Assembly (NCBI GenBank): GCA_951406725.2
Contig: OX597824.1
Coordinates: 52,824,001-52,888,000, forward strand
Reading direction: 5' to 3'
DNA: 64,000 nt
Source of the DNA: Octopus vulgaris
Lineage: Eukaryota
A program made the position numbers and the translations under genes. The notes under the pieces are model-generated. The model saw only the letters and a list, made by a program, of their open reading frames with translations, made no database searches and had not been told where the DNA came from. Positions 41,564-54,605 of this stretch are shown here, in pieces (position 1 is the first letter of the stretch; every line of letters begins with the position of its first letter).

Positions 41564-42096
41564 TATGTATGTGTGTGTGCGCGTGTGCTTGTGGTTGTGT
41601 CTGTTTGTGTGCGTGTGTGTGATCTCACATACACACATCGGTAACATTCGCTAATTTCTTGGAAATGGGGTCATATCCCCAAAATATTGAATGCAAGGTA
41701 AGTCTACATTAATTCATATATTTGATTTCTTCTGATTTGTTTTGTATTTACTTCATATTGTTCTGGCCTTAACCACGATCCTTTATACAATATATTCTAC
41801 ACAATACTTCATAGTAATTACATATGTATGTGTGTGTGTACATGTATGTGTATTTATATATATACATATACATAAATATATATATATATATGTATATATA
41901 TGTCTACATATATATACATATATATATATGTCTACATATATATACATATATATATGTCTACATATATATACACATATATATATATATACATGTATATATA
42001 TATACCTATATATAGACACAATATATATATAAATATATATGTATATATACATATTTATATATACATATATAATAAAATACATCAGCAATCTCCGCT

Positions 42097-42140
<44 letters not shown>

Positions 42141-42149
42141 TTACATATG

Positions 42150-42214
<65 letters not shown>

Positions 42215-42559
42215 CAAGGGTGTAGTTTTCAGGTTTTAGTGATGCACACATACAGACAGACAGACACACACATTCTCAGTTTTATAGATAGATATTTACA
42301 TATATATTTATATATATACATACACACATACTTACATACATACATGCATACATACGTACATGCATATCTATATACAAGATTTCAGTGTACATAATATAAT
42401 ACATACACGTATAAACACATATACATACATATATGCGTATATATATTATATATATATACATATATAGAGAGAGGGGGAGAGTGAAAGAGAAAGAAAGAGA
42501 CCGAAAGACATGCTGCCGCTCCCACAATGTTCAGCTGAGTCAACCTGTACAGATGATGT

Positions 42560-43450
42560 TTAGTTTCTCTTGAATAATCCCAATAGTGATGGAGGAATGG
42601 GAGGTAAGTGCTGTCAGTACATTACTGTCTAGCGGTAGTAAGTCACACATGCCAGCAAAGCAAAAAGAACGGCAGGAAGTGGAAGGCTTAGGAGGCTGTA
42701 AAGGAATCGGAAACGTACTGAAAACAGCGGAGATTGCTGATGTATTTTATTCAGGACGATTAGGACTGGGCAATACATCTCTTAAGGATAGAAAGTACCA
42801 ACACCTGAGATAAGAAGGAACTCATAATGCCCGCCTCGGACAATTGATATAATGGGACCAGAGACTTGAGTACCCAGAGTCCGGGAGAGAATTCTGGAGT
42901 ACAGAACAGAGAAAACTGTTCTCCGTCATATGAGCTGGAGCTGATCGCTTGACAAACTCAATCTTAAAATAAGGAGTAAAGAGAAAAATCCACCCGGCAA
43001 GCAGAGTGGAACAATTTGTCGTACCTTGAAACGTATTTTGATTGGAAGCCCTGGGTCACTGGGTGGAAGGCGATACAAATAAAGGCATGAGAAGATGCTT
43101 ACATAAATTTCCAAATAGACGTCCCTGCAAAGAGTTGAAGCTGACAAAGATCCTCATCCAACGTACCAAATTCCTAAGGAAATATGAGAGGAGGGACCCG
43201 GTTTCTATATTACATCAAGCTTCTAACTAGGAGATGCAGGTTGACCTAAAGGGTAGACTGGTCTGCACAGAAAAAGGTGTCCTTAACAAAGCTCTAGCCA
43301 GAAATGTTCCTGCTATCCAGGAAGTTAAAAACAATAATCGTAACTGAACTGTCAGTGCCATAGGGGAATAGTCTATATTTCTCACCCTGTAATGAAAGCC
43401 AAATATTGTTTGATGAGGTTTTTGTGAAAGGACGACACGCAAACTTGAAG
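42560..43450 (+). mobile_element. Degenerate Hero/NeSL-like REL non-LTR retrotransposon, 3' part
   Basis: RKWKA*EAV, GRLGLG, ASN*EMQVDLKGRL and TELSVP*GE (cf. ELTVPWEE). Confidence 0.55.
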
Positions 43451-43621
43451 AATTTCTTTTTGCTATTATTTTCAAATTTGTTACCAAATGTATGGAACCT
43501 CTATTTTGCAGGATGTAAAGAAAGCAACACTGGCGTATTCAACGGCGAGAAACAAACATAAAAACATAGACCTAACTCATACACATATATATGTGTGTAT
43601 GTATGTAAACATATATATATG

Positions 43622-44793
43622 CAGGCATGAAAGAAGTAAATACATTAAAACATCGTTTTATGTTTATTCTAACATGTAATGGTATATATATATTTTTATC
43701 AACATTTTTATGTTTCAGGTTCTATATGTGACTGTTTAATCATTCCATGTAAAAAATTAAAAAAAACCTTTGGAACTCTCTGAATTTCAAAGAGGCCGCA
43801 ATGTGGGTCATTTTGAAGCTAGACATAAAAATTTGGGATCCCGCTTTCTACAGTTAATAGAGTGATTGAGAGGGGAAGCCATTCACATCACCTCGCCAAG
43901 ACCAACCAGGGCACTCTGACAGGACCGTTCTTTTTGCTAAGAGAAGTGTGAAGGATAATCCTCGCTCCAAGGCCTCTGACATAGCAGAACAAGTTGATGT
44001 CAGTCCCAGAACAGCTGTCATGTATCTCTACAAACTTGGTTACTATGGCAGAGCAACAAGAAGGAAGCCACTACTTCGACCAGCCGACATCAAGCGGAGA
44101 AAAGATTGGGCAGTGAGATGCCACTAGCATTTTGGAACACTCTTATATTCTCTGTCGAGTGTGGGTTTGGAGAATCTGTGATCAAGAATTCTATGTGAAA
44201 AGATTGCAGCCAACAATGAAACACGGCGGCTATTCTGTGATGGTCTGGGGAGCAATTTGGAGCAATAGTTGATAACAGCTGGTGGAGTGTGAGGGAAACT
44301 TAAACTCAGATAAATATGTGTCCATATTGCAAAAAATATTCCTTCTAATCTTCTCCAGTGGTGAAATGATTGAATAAGACTCTTTATTTAAGGAAGATGG
44401 GCTCCTTGTCACACGGCTAAAATGATCTAAGATTTATTGAATAAGATTGGCAAGAAAAAGCGTCTATAGCCAAGCCAGTCATCAGTTATGAACCCTATTG
44501 AACACCTCTGGGAAATAATGGACAGAACACTTCATAAAAAGAACATGAAAGCATCTTCAAATCCAGATATTTTGAGATTACTGCTTGAAACTTGGCAAGA
44601 CATTCCGCTAGAGAATATTCATCTAATCTGTAACAAGCATAATAGGGTCCTGGCACTGAATAATGTAAAGGGCATGTCTACTAAATATTAAATGTTGACA
44701 CTATAACAATTAATAAATAATTTGAATGTATAACTTCAGATTTAAATAAATTCTAATGACTATAAGTGTGTCTATTTACTTCTGTCATGCCTA
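43622..44793 (+). mobile_element. Degenerate Tc1-like transposon with TIRs
   Basis: TIR caggcatgaaagaagtaaata versus tatttacttctgtcatgccta; motifs [30 protein letters not shown]. Confidence 0.85.
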
Positions 44794-44928
44794 TGAATAT
44801 ATGTATTTGTGTGTGTATAGTATATATATATATATATATATATATAGTTCCGTGATGGTAAGATCAACAAAAATAGTACTCCATCTGGTGAAAGATAAAT
44901 ATTATTTCATAAACAATATATGTTTTAT

Positions 44929-45012
44929 GTGCTACTATTAGTTTCATCTACCGAGAACATGCGAAACAGTATTTTTAAACACATCTAATGTGGTAGCGTA
45001 ATCATCAGGCAC
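44929..45012 (-). ncRNA. Type I hammerhead motif with long helix II (left arm of palindrome)
   Basis: Minus strand GTGC-CTGATGA-[about 56 nt including CTACC..GGTAG]-GAAAC-TAATA-GTA-GCAC. Confidence 0.62.
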
Positions 45013-45048
45013 TGCCCACATGGCATAACGACGTATGCCATGTAGAAA

Positions 45049-45132
45049 ATGCCTGATGATTGTTCTAGGACACCAAACGTGTTTAAAAATACTGTTTTGC
45101 ATGCTCTCAGCAGATGAAACTAATAGTAGCGC
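45049..45132 (+). ncRNA. Type I hammerhead motif with long helix II (right arm of palindrome)
   Basis: ATGC-CTGATGA-[56 nt]-GAAAC-TAATA-GTA-GCGC; helix II pairing is poorer than in the left arm. Confidence 0.5.
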
Positions 45133-45280
45133 GTAAAAGCATATACTGTGTTTATTAAATTATATATATATGTTTGAATTTCAGAAGATTATTAAGGAAA
45201 GTTAACCTCGGCGGTATTTAAACAAATTCGCAAGACCATTATACCGGCTCTCTGAATATATCCTGTCAGCTTGCAGCATT

Positions 45281-45326
<46 letters not shown>

Positions 45327-45977
45327 CAAACAAACAAACCGACGCGCACACACTCACACTTGTAGGGCCAGCAAGACTGGTAAACTTGAACCCGTGCAGA
45401 AAAGAAGTCACCAGGTAGATGATTCTATCCGAATTTTCTTGCGAAGAATGACTGTATATGGTGGTTACTGCGGGGTCCAATGTTTTAATGCAACATTGGA
45501 AAACGATCGATGGAGAGTCGAGTGGAATGAAGGTACCGAGGAGGAGATGGAGAAATGAGACGGACAAGGTCTGAAGTACAGAGGCCATTATCATAGGAGT
45601 AGAAAAGAAAACATAATATATTTGTGGATCTGAGAGTATCCGAGTCTATTATACCATGATAATCAGTAGAGTGTAAAAGCTTTGCATGCAATCAAAGTTA
45701 TGTTGTGTGTATAGGGGTGGTGACGCGCATTTGTGTATGGTGATGCACAAATATCAAACTTAAACGTGAATTGAAGCTGAAACCGATTTAGTGTCCCCAC
45801 TCTTTCGAAGCTTCTCCTTTTAGAAATTATATGATATATACAGACATACATATATATATATGTATGTGTGTGTATATATATATATATATATGTGTGTGTG
45901 TATGTATGTATATATGTATGCATGTATGTATATGTGTGCATATATATGTATGTATGTATAATGTATATACGTGAATT

Positions 45978-48419
45978 ATATAAATCCTTAAATCCTTAAA
46001 AAATGTTTTAGCCCGAAGGCCGCGGCCATGCTGGGGCACCACCACTGAATGAGCTACACTAATATGTGAATCCACCTCTGATACGTGGCACTTGATCAAC
46101 AAGGGAGTTCGATGCTGCTGCCCGCATCTGCGTCTCCTGTCGTGAGGTAGGCTCATCTGGGACTCCCGACAAGAAGAGATCCAGCTTAGTTTTAAAGAAA
46201 CCCACATCCACACCATGTAAGTCTCTCAGGCATTTAGGGAGGATGTTAAAGAGCTGTGGTCCTCTGAAACCCAAGCTGTTGCAGTATCTGGACCTGTATT
46301 TTGATAGTGATGTTGGAATCTTTGGCACCATACAGTGGCGCCCCGTTCTGCGGTTGGGGTAACTTTGAATGCCAAAGTTTGGGACAATACCCTCCAGGAC
46401 CTTCCAGATGTACATCACCGCATATCTCTCCCGGCTCCGCTCTAGGGAGAAGAGGTTCAATACTTTCAGTCTTTCCCAGTAGCTGATATTTTGCATTGAG
46501 ACGATTTTCTTTGTGTAGCTTCTCTGAATTGCTTCGAGTTCTGCTGTTAGTTTTATATTGTGTGGTGACCATAGTTGGGAGCAGTAGTCCAAGCGGCTGA
46601 GGACGAATGTTTTCCATAGGACCATCAGTGTCTCCTTCTCTCTTGTTCTGAAAGTTCGGAGAATCCATCCAGCTAGCCGTCTGCATTTTATCACCAGATT
46701 AGTAATATGCACTTGGAAAGATGCATCATTGCTCATGTCAATGCCCAGGTCACGCACTGATTTTGACTCAGGGATTGCAATTCTTCCTGGGCCAGTGTAT
46801 CTAGTCTGCACGTCGTTTACCTTTGTCTGCCGGTAGCGCAGGGCCTGGAACTTACCTGCATTAAACTGCATGTTGTTGTCCTCAGCCCACCTGTATATTG
46901 TGTCCAACTCCTGTTGCAGATGCGCAATTATTTCAGGGTTTTGTATTGCGTGGGAGACTTTTGTGTCATCTGCATAGCTAGCAAGCGTGGTCATCGTAGC
47001 AACTGAAGGCATGTCTGAAAGGGCCACTATGAACATCAGTGGCCCCAAGACAGTGCCCTGTGGGACACCGCTTGTTATTTGTGTTTCCTCGGAGGTGGCT
47101 CCATCGCTCACAACTGCCTGTCTTCTGTCTTTTAGGAAGTTGTGCAGCCACTCTCCAAGTTTTCCGCCTATGCCGAGACCACGCAGTTTGTGACAGATCA
47201 TACCATGGTCGACTTTATCAAAGGCTTTTGCAAAGTCGAGATATATTACATCCACATTTGAGCCATTTAGTAGCTGTTTCAACACCCAGTCATAGTGTTG
47301 CAGGAGCTGTGTTAGGCAGCTTCTACCTGGTCGAAATCCATGCTGGGTGTCAGACAGCAAGTCATTTTCTTCAAGGAACATGATTAGTTTCTTACTCACT
47401 ATTCGTTCCATGACTTTGCTGATGTGTGAGGTCAGAGAGATAGGCCTATAATTTTTAGCATCTGCTCTGCTTCCTCCCTTATGGATAGGGCATATTACCC
47501 CCTCTTTCAATTTGACTGGGAGCTTACCACTTGCAAGAAAGCTCTGAAAAAGAAGCTGTAGCGGTTTTGCAAGGGCTCGTTTGCACGATTTGAGATGGAT
47601 CGCTGGGAATCCATCAGGTCCAGCAGCTGAGTTTGTGTCAATCTCATCTATGGCTAGTGTGATATCATCATCTTCGATATTGATGTACTCAATTTTTGCC
47701 TCTTTGGCCGCAGGTAAAGTGGCAAAGAATTCTTCTGGGTTGTTTACTTGCCTGTGTCCTAGAGGTGTAGTAAACACACTTTGGAATTGTTCGTTCAGTA
47801 TTTCACTTATCCTCGTGGGATTTCCTGTGAGAGAGCCATCTTTTTGGAAGAGAGGTCCTATTCTCTGGTGCACTGTGGCTGTCTCTTTGGCAAACTTAAA
47901 GAAAGCTTTAGGGTTTGATTTTATATTTTCTATTACCCAAACTTCTTTATCTGCTCTCTCCTTTTCCTGGGACTGATGCAGACTTTTCTCAATTTCCATT
48001 AGCATTCTCTCGAGCCGAGACTTCTCACCACTTTTGGTGTGCTTGCTCAGGCGGTTCGCAATCCTTGTCCGTCGTCTCATAAGAATCTTCCTTTCTCTAG
48101 GGATCCTGTTTTTCTTTATGTGTGTGCTGGCCCTGCACACTGGGACATATTTGTCACATATGGCTTGTATTATGGACATGAAGTGTTTGTGTTTCATGTT
48201 AATGTCCGGTGTGGAGAGACATTTAGGCCAATCCTGTTTGAGTATCTCTTTCTCAATCAACTTCCAGTTTACTTTATGAAAGTTTAAGTTGGAGAGATGG
48301 TGGATGCTTCGTATAGGCTGTGTGTCTACGGGGGCTTTTGGTCCATACATAGACAGCTCTATTATGTTGTGATCCGAGATCATTGTCGGCATCACATTAA
48401 CATTATGGATAATATCCAT
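45978..48419 (-). mobile_element. Young 5'-truncated LINE with short 3' UTR and tandem (AAGGATTT) tail
   Basis: 3' UTR 46058-46000 then ttttaaggatttaaggattt; 5' junction lies in (TA)n. Confidence 0.9.
46059..48419 (-). CDS. LINE ORF2 (CR1/L2-group): end of APE domain plus reverse transcriptase, 5'-truncated, uninterrupted 786 aa
   Basis: ISDHNII, AAGPDG, NYRPISLTS, QHGFRPGRSC, YLDFAKAFDKV, GVPQGTVLGP, YADD, RDLGI; no stops. Confidence 0.9.
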   Translation of the reverse strand: MDIIHNVNVMPTMISDHNIIELSMYGPKAPVDTQPIRSIHHLSNLNFHKVNWKLIEKEILKQDWPKCLSTPDINMKHKHFMSIIQAICDKYVPVCRASTHIKKNRIPRERKILMRRRTRIANRLSKHTKSGEKSRLERMLMEIEKSLHQSQEKERADKEVWVIENIKSNPKAFFKFAKETATVHQRIGPLFQKDGSLTGNPTRISEILNEQFQSVFTTPLGHRQVNNPEEFFATLPAAKEAKIEYINIEDDDITLAIDEIDTNSAAGPDGFPAIHLKSCKRALAKPLQLLFQSFLASGKLPVKLKEGVICPIHKGGSRADAKNYRPISLTSHISKVMERIVSKKLIMFLEENDLLSDTQHGFRPGRSCLTQLLQHYDWVLKQLLNGSNVDVIYLDFAKAFDKVDHGMICHKLRGLGIGGKLGEWLHNFLKDRRQAVVSDGATSEETQITSGVPQGTVLGPLMFIVALSDMPSVATMTTLASYADDTKVSHAIQNPEIIAHLQQELDTIYRWAEDNNMQFNAGKFQALRYRQTKVNDVQTRYTGPGRIAIPESKSVRDLGIDMSNDASFQVHITNLVIKCRRLAGWILRTFRTREKETLMVLWKTFVLSRLDYCSQLWSPHNIKLTAELEAIQRSYTKKIVSMQNISYWERLKVLNLFSLERSRERYAVMYIWKVLEGIVPNFGIQSYPNRRTGRHCMVPKIPTSLSKYRSRYCNSLGFRGPQLFNILPKCLRDLHGVDVGFFKTKLDLFLSGVPDEPTSRQETQMRAAASNSLVDQVPRIRGGFTY

Positions 48420-48514
48420 ATATATATATATATATATATATTTATATGTAAATTATAATCTAAAAATATTTTATATATTAATTATATTATGCATTTATAT
48501 ACTGAAGATATACA

Positions 48515-48995
<481 letters not shown>

Positions 48996-49324
48996 TATAT
49001 GTATGTAACAATGTGCGTGTGTGTATATAGGGTGGCTACACACGGTGAAACACGATGTATTGCAAAACATTTATTTTAACAGAATATATATATGATTAAT
49101 ATGTTTGAATAATACATAAATATATAAACATATATATTTTACATAATATATAGATAGATATAATATATATATAAATATAAGCATATATTCATCAGCATAA
49201 CATATTTATATATAATACATACATGAATATAAGAATATATATATATATATATATATATATATGACACATACATAAATATAAAAACACACGCATGCATGCA
49301 CGCACACACACACACATATCAATT

Positions 49325-49620
49325 GGAAAATATTGCGACAGCAATGCCGAAATGGTATTGGCATCAATTTTAAAATTCACCCAAGCCTTGATGCTCATAC
49401 CATCCGTTCTCTACAAAAATTATACTGGCCTCATACTGCAACACTAAAACAGAACTATTTCACCTCAACTGGCCCTGCTCTCTTTAACATCATCCCAACA
49501 CACATAACATATGAAAAAGATTTTATAACATTGAAATGGCTCCTGGATGAATATCTTCAACAAATTCCAGAGAAAACACCTACACCCAGATATATCTCAG
49601 TAAACAATAACTCTTGGAGT
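49325..49620 (+). mobile_element. 3' fragment of a LINE related to 46059-48419
   Basis: GPALFNIIP..LLDEYLQQIPE versus GPQLFNILP..LDLFLSGVPDEP. Confidence 0.65.
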
Positions 49621-50399
49621 TTGCAAATTAAGTGTCCAAGATACGCTTTTTAGTTTCATAGGTATTATTATCAGAACAACTACAATATCTGGGCAATAAA
49701 AATGTGCAAGACTGTAATATTTTAAGGATGGCGATCAAAATGATACGCTTTTTTCACAACCTTGCTAGCAGGAAGTTGACCGTTCAAAATGAAATTAAGT
49801 AGAGAAAGGAGAACACACACACATACATATACACACACGAACACGCACACATACATACACACACACACTTATGTATGCATGTATGTATGCTTATATATGT
49901 ATACACACGTCTGCATACATCTGAAAATTTATATACGTATATATGTATATATGCATATATATATATATGTGTGTGAGTGTGTGTGTGTGTGTACATGTAC
50001 ATAAACATAGATATAAATGTATACATATGTATATACATAGATATATAAACATACATATATATACATTTATACATGCATACATATATATATATATATATAT
50101 GTTTATACAAACACACACACGCACACACACACACACATATATATATACAAATTTACATATATAGTAAATATATATGCATGCATAACCATGCATACATACA
50201 TATATACATGCATGCATACATACATATATACATACATGTATACATACATACATACATACATACATACATACATACATACATACATACATACACGTGTATA
50301 TGTCGCTCAGGGTGGAAAATGCAAGTGATATTGTCAAGGATAGTAGTCTCCTGAGCCTAGATACGGATATCTATAAACTTGTTTATGCCATACAAGTGT

Positions 50400-50900
50400 G
50401 ACAGATATCACTCATAACGTCCGTAGTTGTCCAAAAATATCTACCAGAAACTACTTCCCAATGAAACATGACATTGTCACTAAGTTTACTACGCTATACG
50501 CAAAGTAGATTGTCCTTTCGTACACCAAAAGCACACTATAATCAAGGAATATATGTACACTTAAAATTAAAGGATCTAGGTAAAACATTCCAAAAATATC
50601 TGCAACCCGTTGGTAAGCACAACAGGCCAGATATGGTTGTATATGACAAGGAGCAAAAGTCATGGTACATTGTAGAGATTAGCTGCCCAGCACATGTGAA
50701 TATCTTTCAGAATACGGGGGGCAAATATCTATTAAGAATTGATGTAAAATCTACAACTCTTATATCCAGTCTACAGGCTTTCATTTGTTCTTATTATCAT
50801 CGGTGCACTGGGTTACGTAACATCAGATACTTGATTTCTCCAGAAACTGATTCGTATTTTCCATACATAATCGATCAGAGGAACAGTAAAACCTTGTAAA
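50400..50900 (+). mobile_element. REL endonuclease fragment of an R4/Dong-like LINE
   Basis: KHNRPDMVVYDK..IVEISCP, then IIIGALG in a shifted frame. Confidence 0.7.
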
Positions 50901-51100
50901 ACATACAAGTATATTCTCTATTTGAGTTTCCAGTGGCATATGTGCACAACTATATATGCATATGGGTTACATTTATACGCACACTCATAAACAATAATGA
51001 AATATACGTACTAGCGTTCTGCAACGACTTGCACACTCTCGACTGCAAGTTTATCCAAATGCACACACATATCTATATATACATACACGCACACACGTGT

Positions 51101-51155
<55 letters not shown>

Positions 51156-51232
51156 GGTCGTGGGTGACCATTCAGAGGAGACACCTGTATAGAGTATATC
51201 TAAGTCGAGTAAACTCTAACAGCATCCTTCGT

Positions 51233-51332
51233 NNNNNNNNNNNNNNNNNNNNNNNNNNNNNNNNNNNNNNNNNNNNNNNNNNNNNNNNNNNNNNNNNNNN
51301 NNNNNNNNNNNNNNNNNNNNNNNNNNNNNNNN
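51233..51332. other. Assembly gap (100 N)
   Basis: Run of N. Confidence 0.99.
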
Positions 51333-53001
51333 CACAAAAGAGTATAGTTTTGTAACATGTACCACGCCTTCGCTAGTTGTTTTAGGTGCCTATGTAGTCG
51401 CGATCAACCATAAACACAGTCTTTAGTCCTTCACTTTTAGGCCCAGCAGAACATCCAGAATATGGCAGAAAATATGATGATTGTTCTAATGTTTTGACTG
51501 TTAGAATAAGTTTAGTAGATATTTTGAGAATTCGGTGAAATATGTAGAATACTGAAAAAATATATAAACACAAAACACTTTTGTATGCATAAAGTATGAT
51601 TATGTTGTCATTTGTGCATGTGTGTGTGCGTATATTCACACACAAAATGTATAAATGTGTATATATATATATGCATATGTGTGTGTATTTTTATCTATAT
51701 AGATACGCAGGTATGTGTATGTGTGTGAGCGTGTGTGTGAGTGTGTGTGTGTGTGTGTGTGTGTAGCGTGCGTGCGTTCGTCTGTGTGTGTGTGTGTATT
51801 GACTAGACACAGCAAATTTTTGCAGTGGAGAAATATAGTTGATTATATCGACCACAGGGAAATTATTGAAAAGATATTTTATTGATCCATGAAATATACG
51901 ATGCTAAAAATCGATCCTTCGTATCATTTGAACTCAGCACGTAGATAGATGAAGCAACATACTGCAACGTGGTATTCCTCTGTTTCTGTCGACAAAAAGT
52001 CTTCCATAGATCTAGTTATATTGGTTTCTTTTGACTAGCTCCATATCCAATTATTCTGAAGAGATTTATAGATGATTGAATCGGATACAATATATTAATG
52101 GTGATTAGTTTATCGATTAGTTTATCGATTCCGGATAGATGAAAGTCATAGCAGACCCGGTGTGATTTGAACCTAGAATGTAGGACGACGAAAGCAAATA
52201 TTATAAAAGAAATAACATTTGGTGAGGTGCATCAACGTATGAGCCTCAATGTATGTGTTGATCGATTTCCTAGTCAAGCATAAAGTCACTAATTCGTAGG
52301 AGAGACACAAGCATAGAAACAGACCTTAGTGTATACATGGTACTTGCTGCCTACCCGCAAGAGATGTGAACTCTCAACCTATACACACGAAGTTGCACAG
52401 TTCACAGTTTTTAACTGCAATACTTTATTTATGCTGTTTCCTCATATTGAAACACGTGTCTCTATCTTTCCCACATGATCCTCCTAATTTTACAAACAAA
52501 AGAGCCACATGCGTACGCATTTAAGTGTGGATGTGTGTGTATGTTTGTGTGCGTACGCGCACATGTATGATACGTGTATGTGAAACAAAAGCGGTGTGTG
52601 TATGTAGAGTAGTGCTTCATAGATAAATAGATGTCTTTTACGATATGTTATGTTATTTATTAATTAATTTATTTATTTATCTATTTATTTATTTTGGGGA
52701 TGTTTGTTTACGAGGTAGTGGATGTATGTGACAATGGTTTTCACAGATTTTCCTGATTGCTCTGCAAGTGTATTTGTAAATTATATAAATGTATACTAAT
52801 GTGTATTCGAGTGTATGTATTTGTGTATATACGAACACATATACATACGCACATACATACGTACATACATACATATATATATGCATACATATGTGTATGT
52901 ATGTGTATGTATATATATGCATATATGTGTGCTGTATAAATAAACTCATACACCATATATATAAATATATATGTGTGTGTGTATGTATGCATGTATATGA
53001 A

Positions 53002-53044
<43 letters not shown>

Positions 53045-53071
53045 GTATGTATGTATGTATGCATATATGTG

Positions 53072-53120
<49 letters not shown>

Positions 53121-53679
53121 AGCTTGTGATGAACCCTACACCTTAACACAATATGTGTACCCGTTGATAGATATATTCATGTCATTTTAACAAATTATCA
53201 CTAAACCAAGACGATGATATTTCGTTCATCATTATATTCCTTTGTTTATAATACGAATATTTTGTATATTCCTTCTCTTCAAAAATATTTGATATGCCGT
53301 TGCATTCTATCTCCTCTTCATCTTAACATCTTAAAATGACAATCTGTGAAAATCGTGATATATGGTATTAACGGCGTGTAAGGGCCAGCTGAACAACACC
53401 TGAGAATGATCCAGTGATCCAATGAACCGATGCGTGCATGTACGTGCGCTTATGTATGTACTCGCGTGCGCGCATCACATTCTCATACACATACACACAG
53501 CTTTGCCAATATGAACGACACAAACAAATATTTATTGATGCGTGTATCCTTACAGGTGTGTACATGAGCGTGTGAGCGCATACATAATAAAGTATATGCA
53601 AAAACATTTCAAACAAATTAATACACACACACACACACATGAATAGATTTATACATCTATATATATGAATATATATATA

Positions 53680-53734
<55 letters not shown>

Positions 53735-53868
53735 GAGGCAGAGAGACAGAAGGAGACAGTGACAAAGGAAGAGATACGAAGATACATACATAAATGTAGC
53801 CATATATACATTTACATACATGTAAATGTCTACGTAAAAACGGATGTCATCAAAATGTGAAGGATAAA

Positions 53869-53948
<80 letters not shown>

Positions 53949-54416
53949 TGCACATATATATATATTGATAGATATTTATATATGCATACATATATATATA
54001 CATACATGCATACATACATACAGGCAGACAGACAGACAGACATATGTATATGTGTGTGTGTGTCATATGCAGGGTGTTTATATTTTATGCATACATGTGT
54101 GTGTGTGTATACACGCACACATACACATGCTTTCCGTAACAGTATGTGTACATATATATGCATACATATATACCTATGAGTGAGCGTGCGTGTATCTCTG
54201 TGTGTGCGCGTTTGTATGTTTGTATGTGCGTGCTTGTATATTCATATATACATATGTATATGTGTGTGTATATCTGTGTATGACTATGTGCCTATCTATA
54301 AGATTAAAATATATACGTATTTACACATAAATACACACATATATGCACACAGACATGCACATTCGTACATATACACATATACTGACCAAGTTTGATAACA
54401 AAAAAATCATACTCAC

Positions 54417-54605
54417 AAATCCACCGCTCCATATTGGTGATACGCTGTGTGCTAACCATACTTCAGCCTTAATACTGGACACTACTCCGACACACACACT
54501 GACCAGTCCAACAAAGAAGTGAAGGCCGGAGAGGACGAATACACCCGTCTCAACCACCTTCACCATTTTCTGTGCCGTCTTGTCGGGGTCCTGATTCCAG
54601 GTCAT
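54417..54605 (-). CDS. First coding exon of a CD20/MS4A (sarcospan-like) four-pass membrane protein
   Basis: 63 codons MTWNQ..LSGLHFFVGLVSVCVGVV..SVSPIWSGGF: TM1 plus the family's P-x-W-x-G motif at the start of TM2; consensus phase-0 donor GTGAGT at 54416-54411; candidate acceptor upstream near 54909-54917. Confidence 0.75.

Noticed and set aside
53368-53440. WITGSFSGVV as the next MS4A exon
   Set aside because: No suitable in-phase acceptor, and a stop follows shortly.
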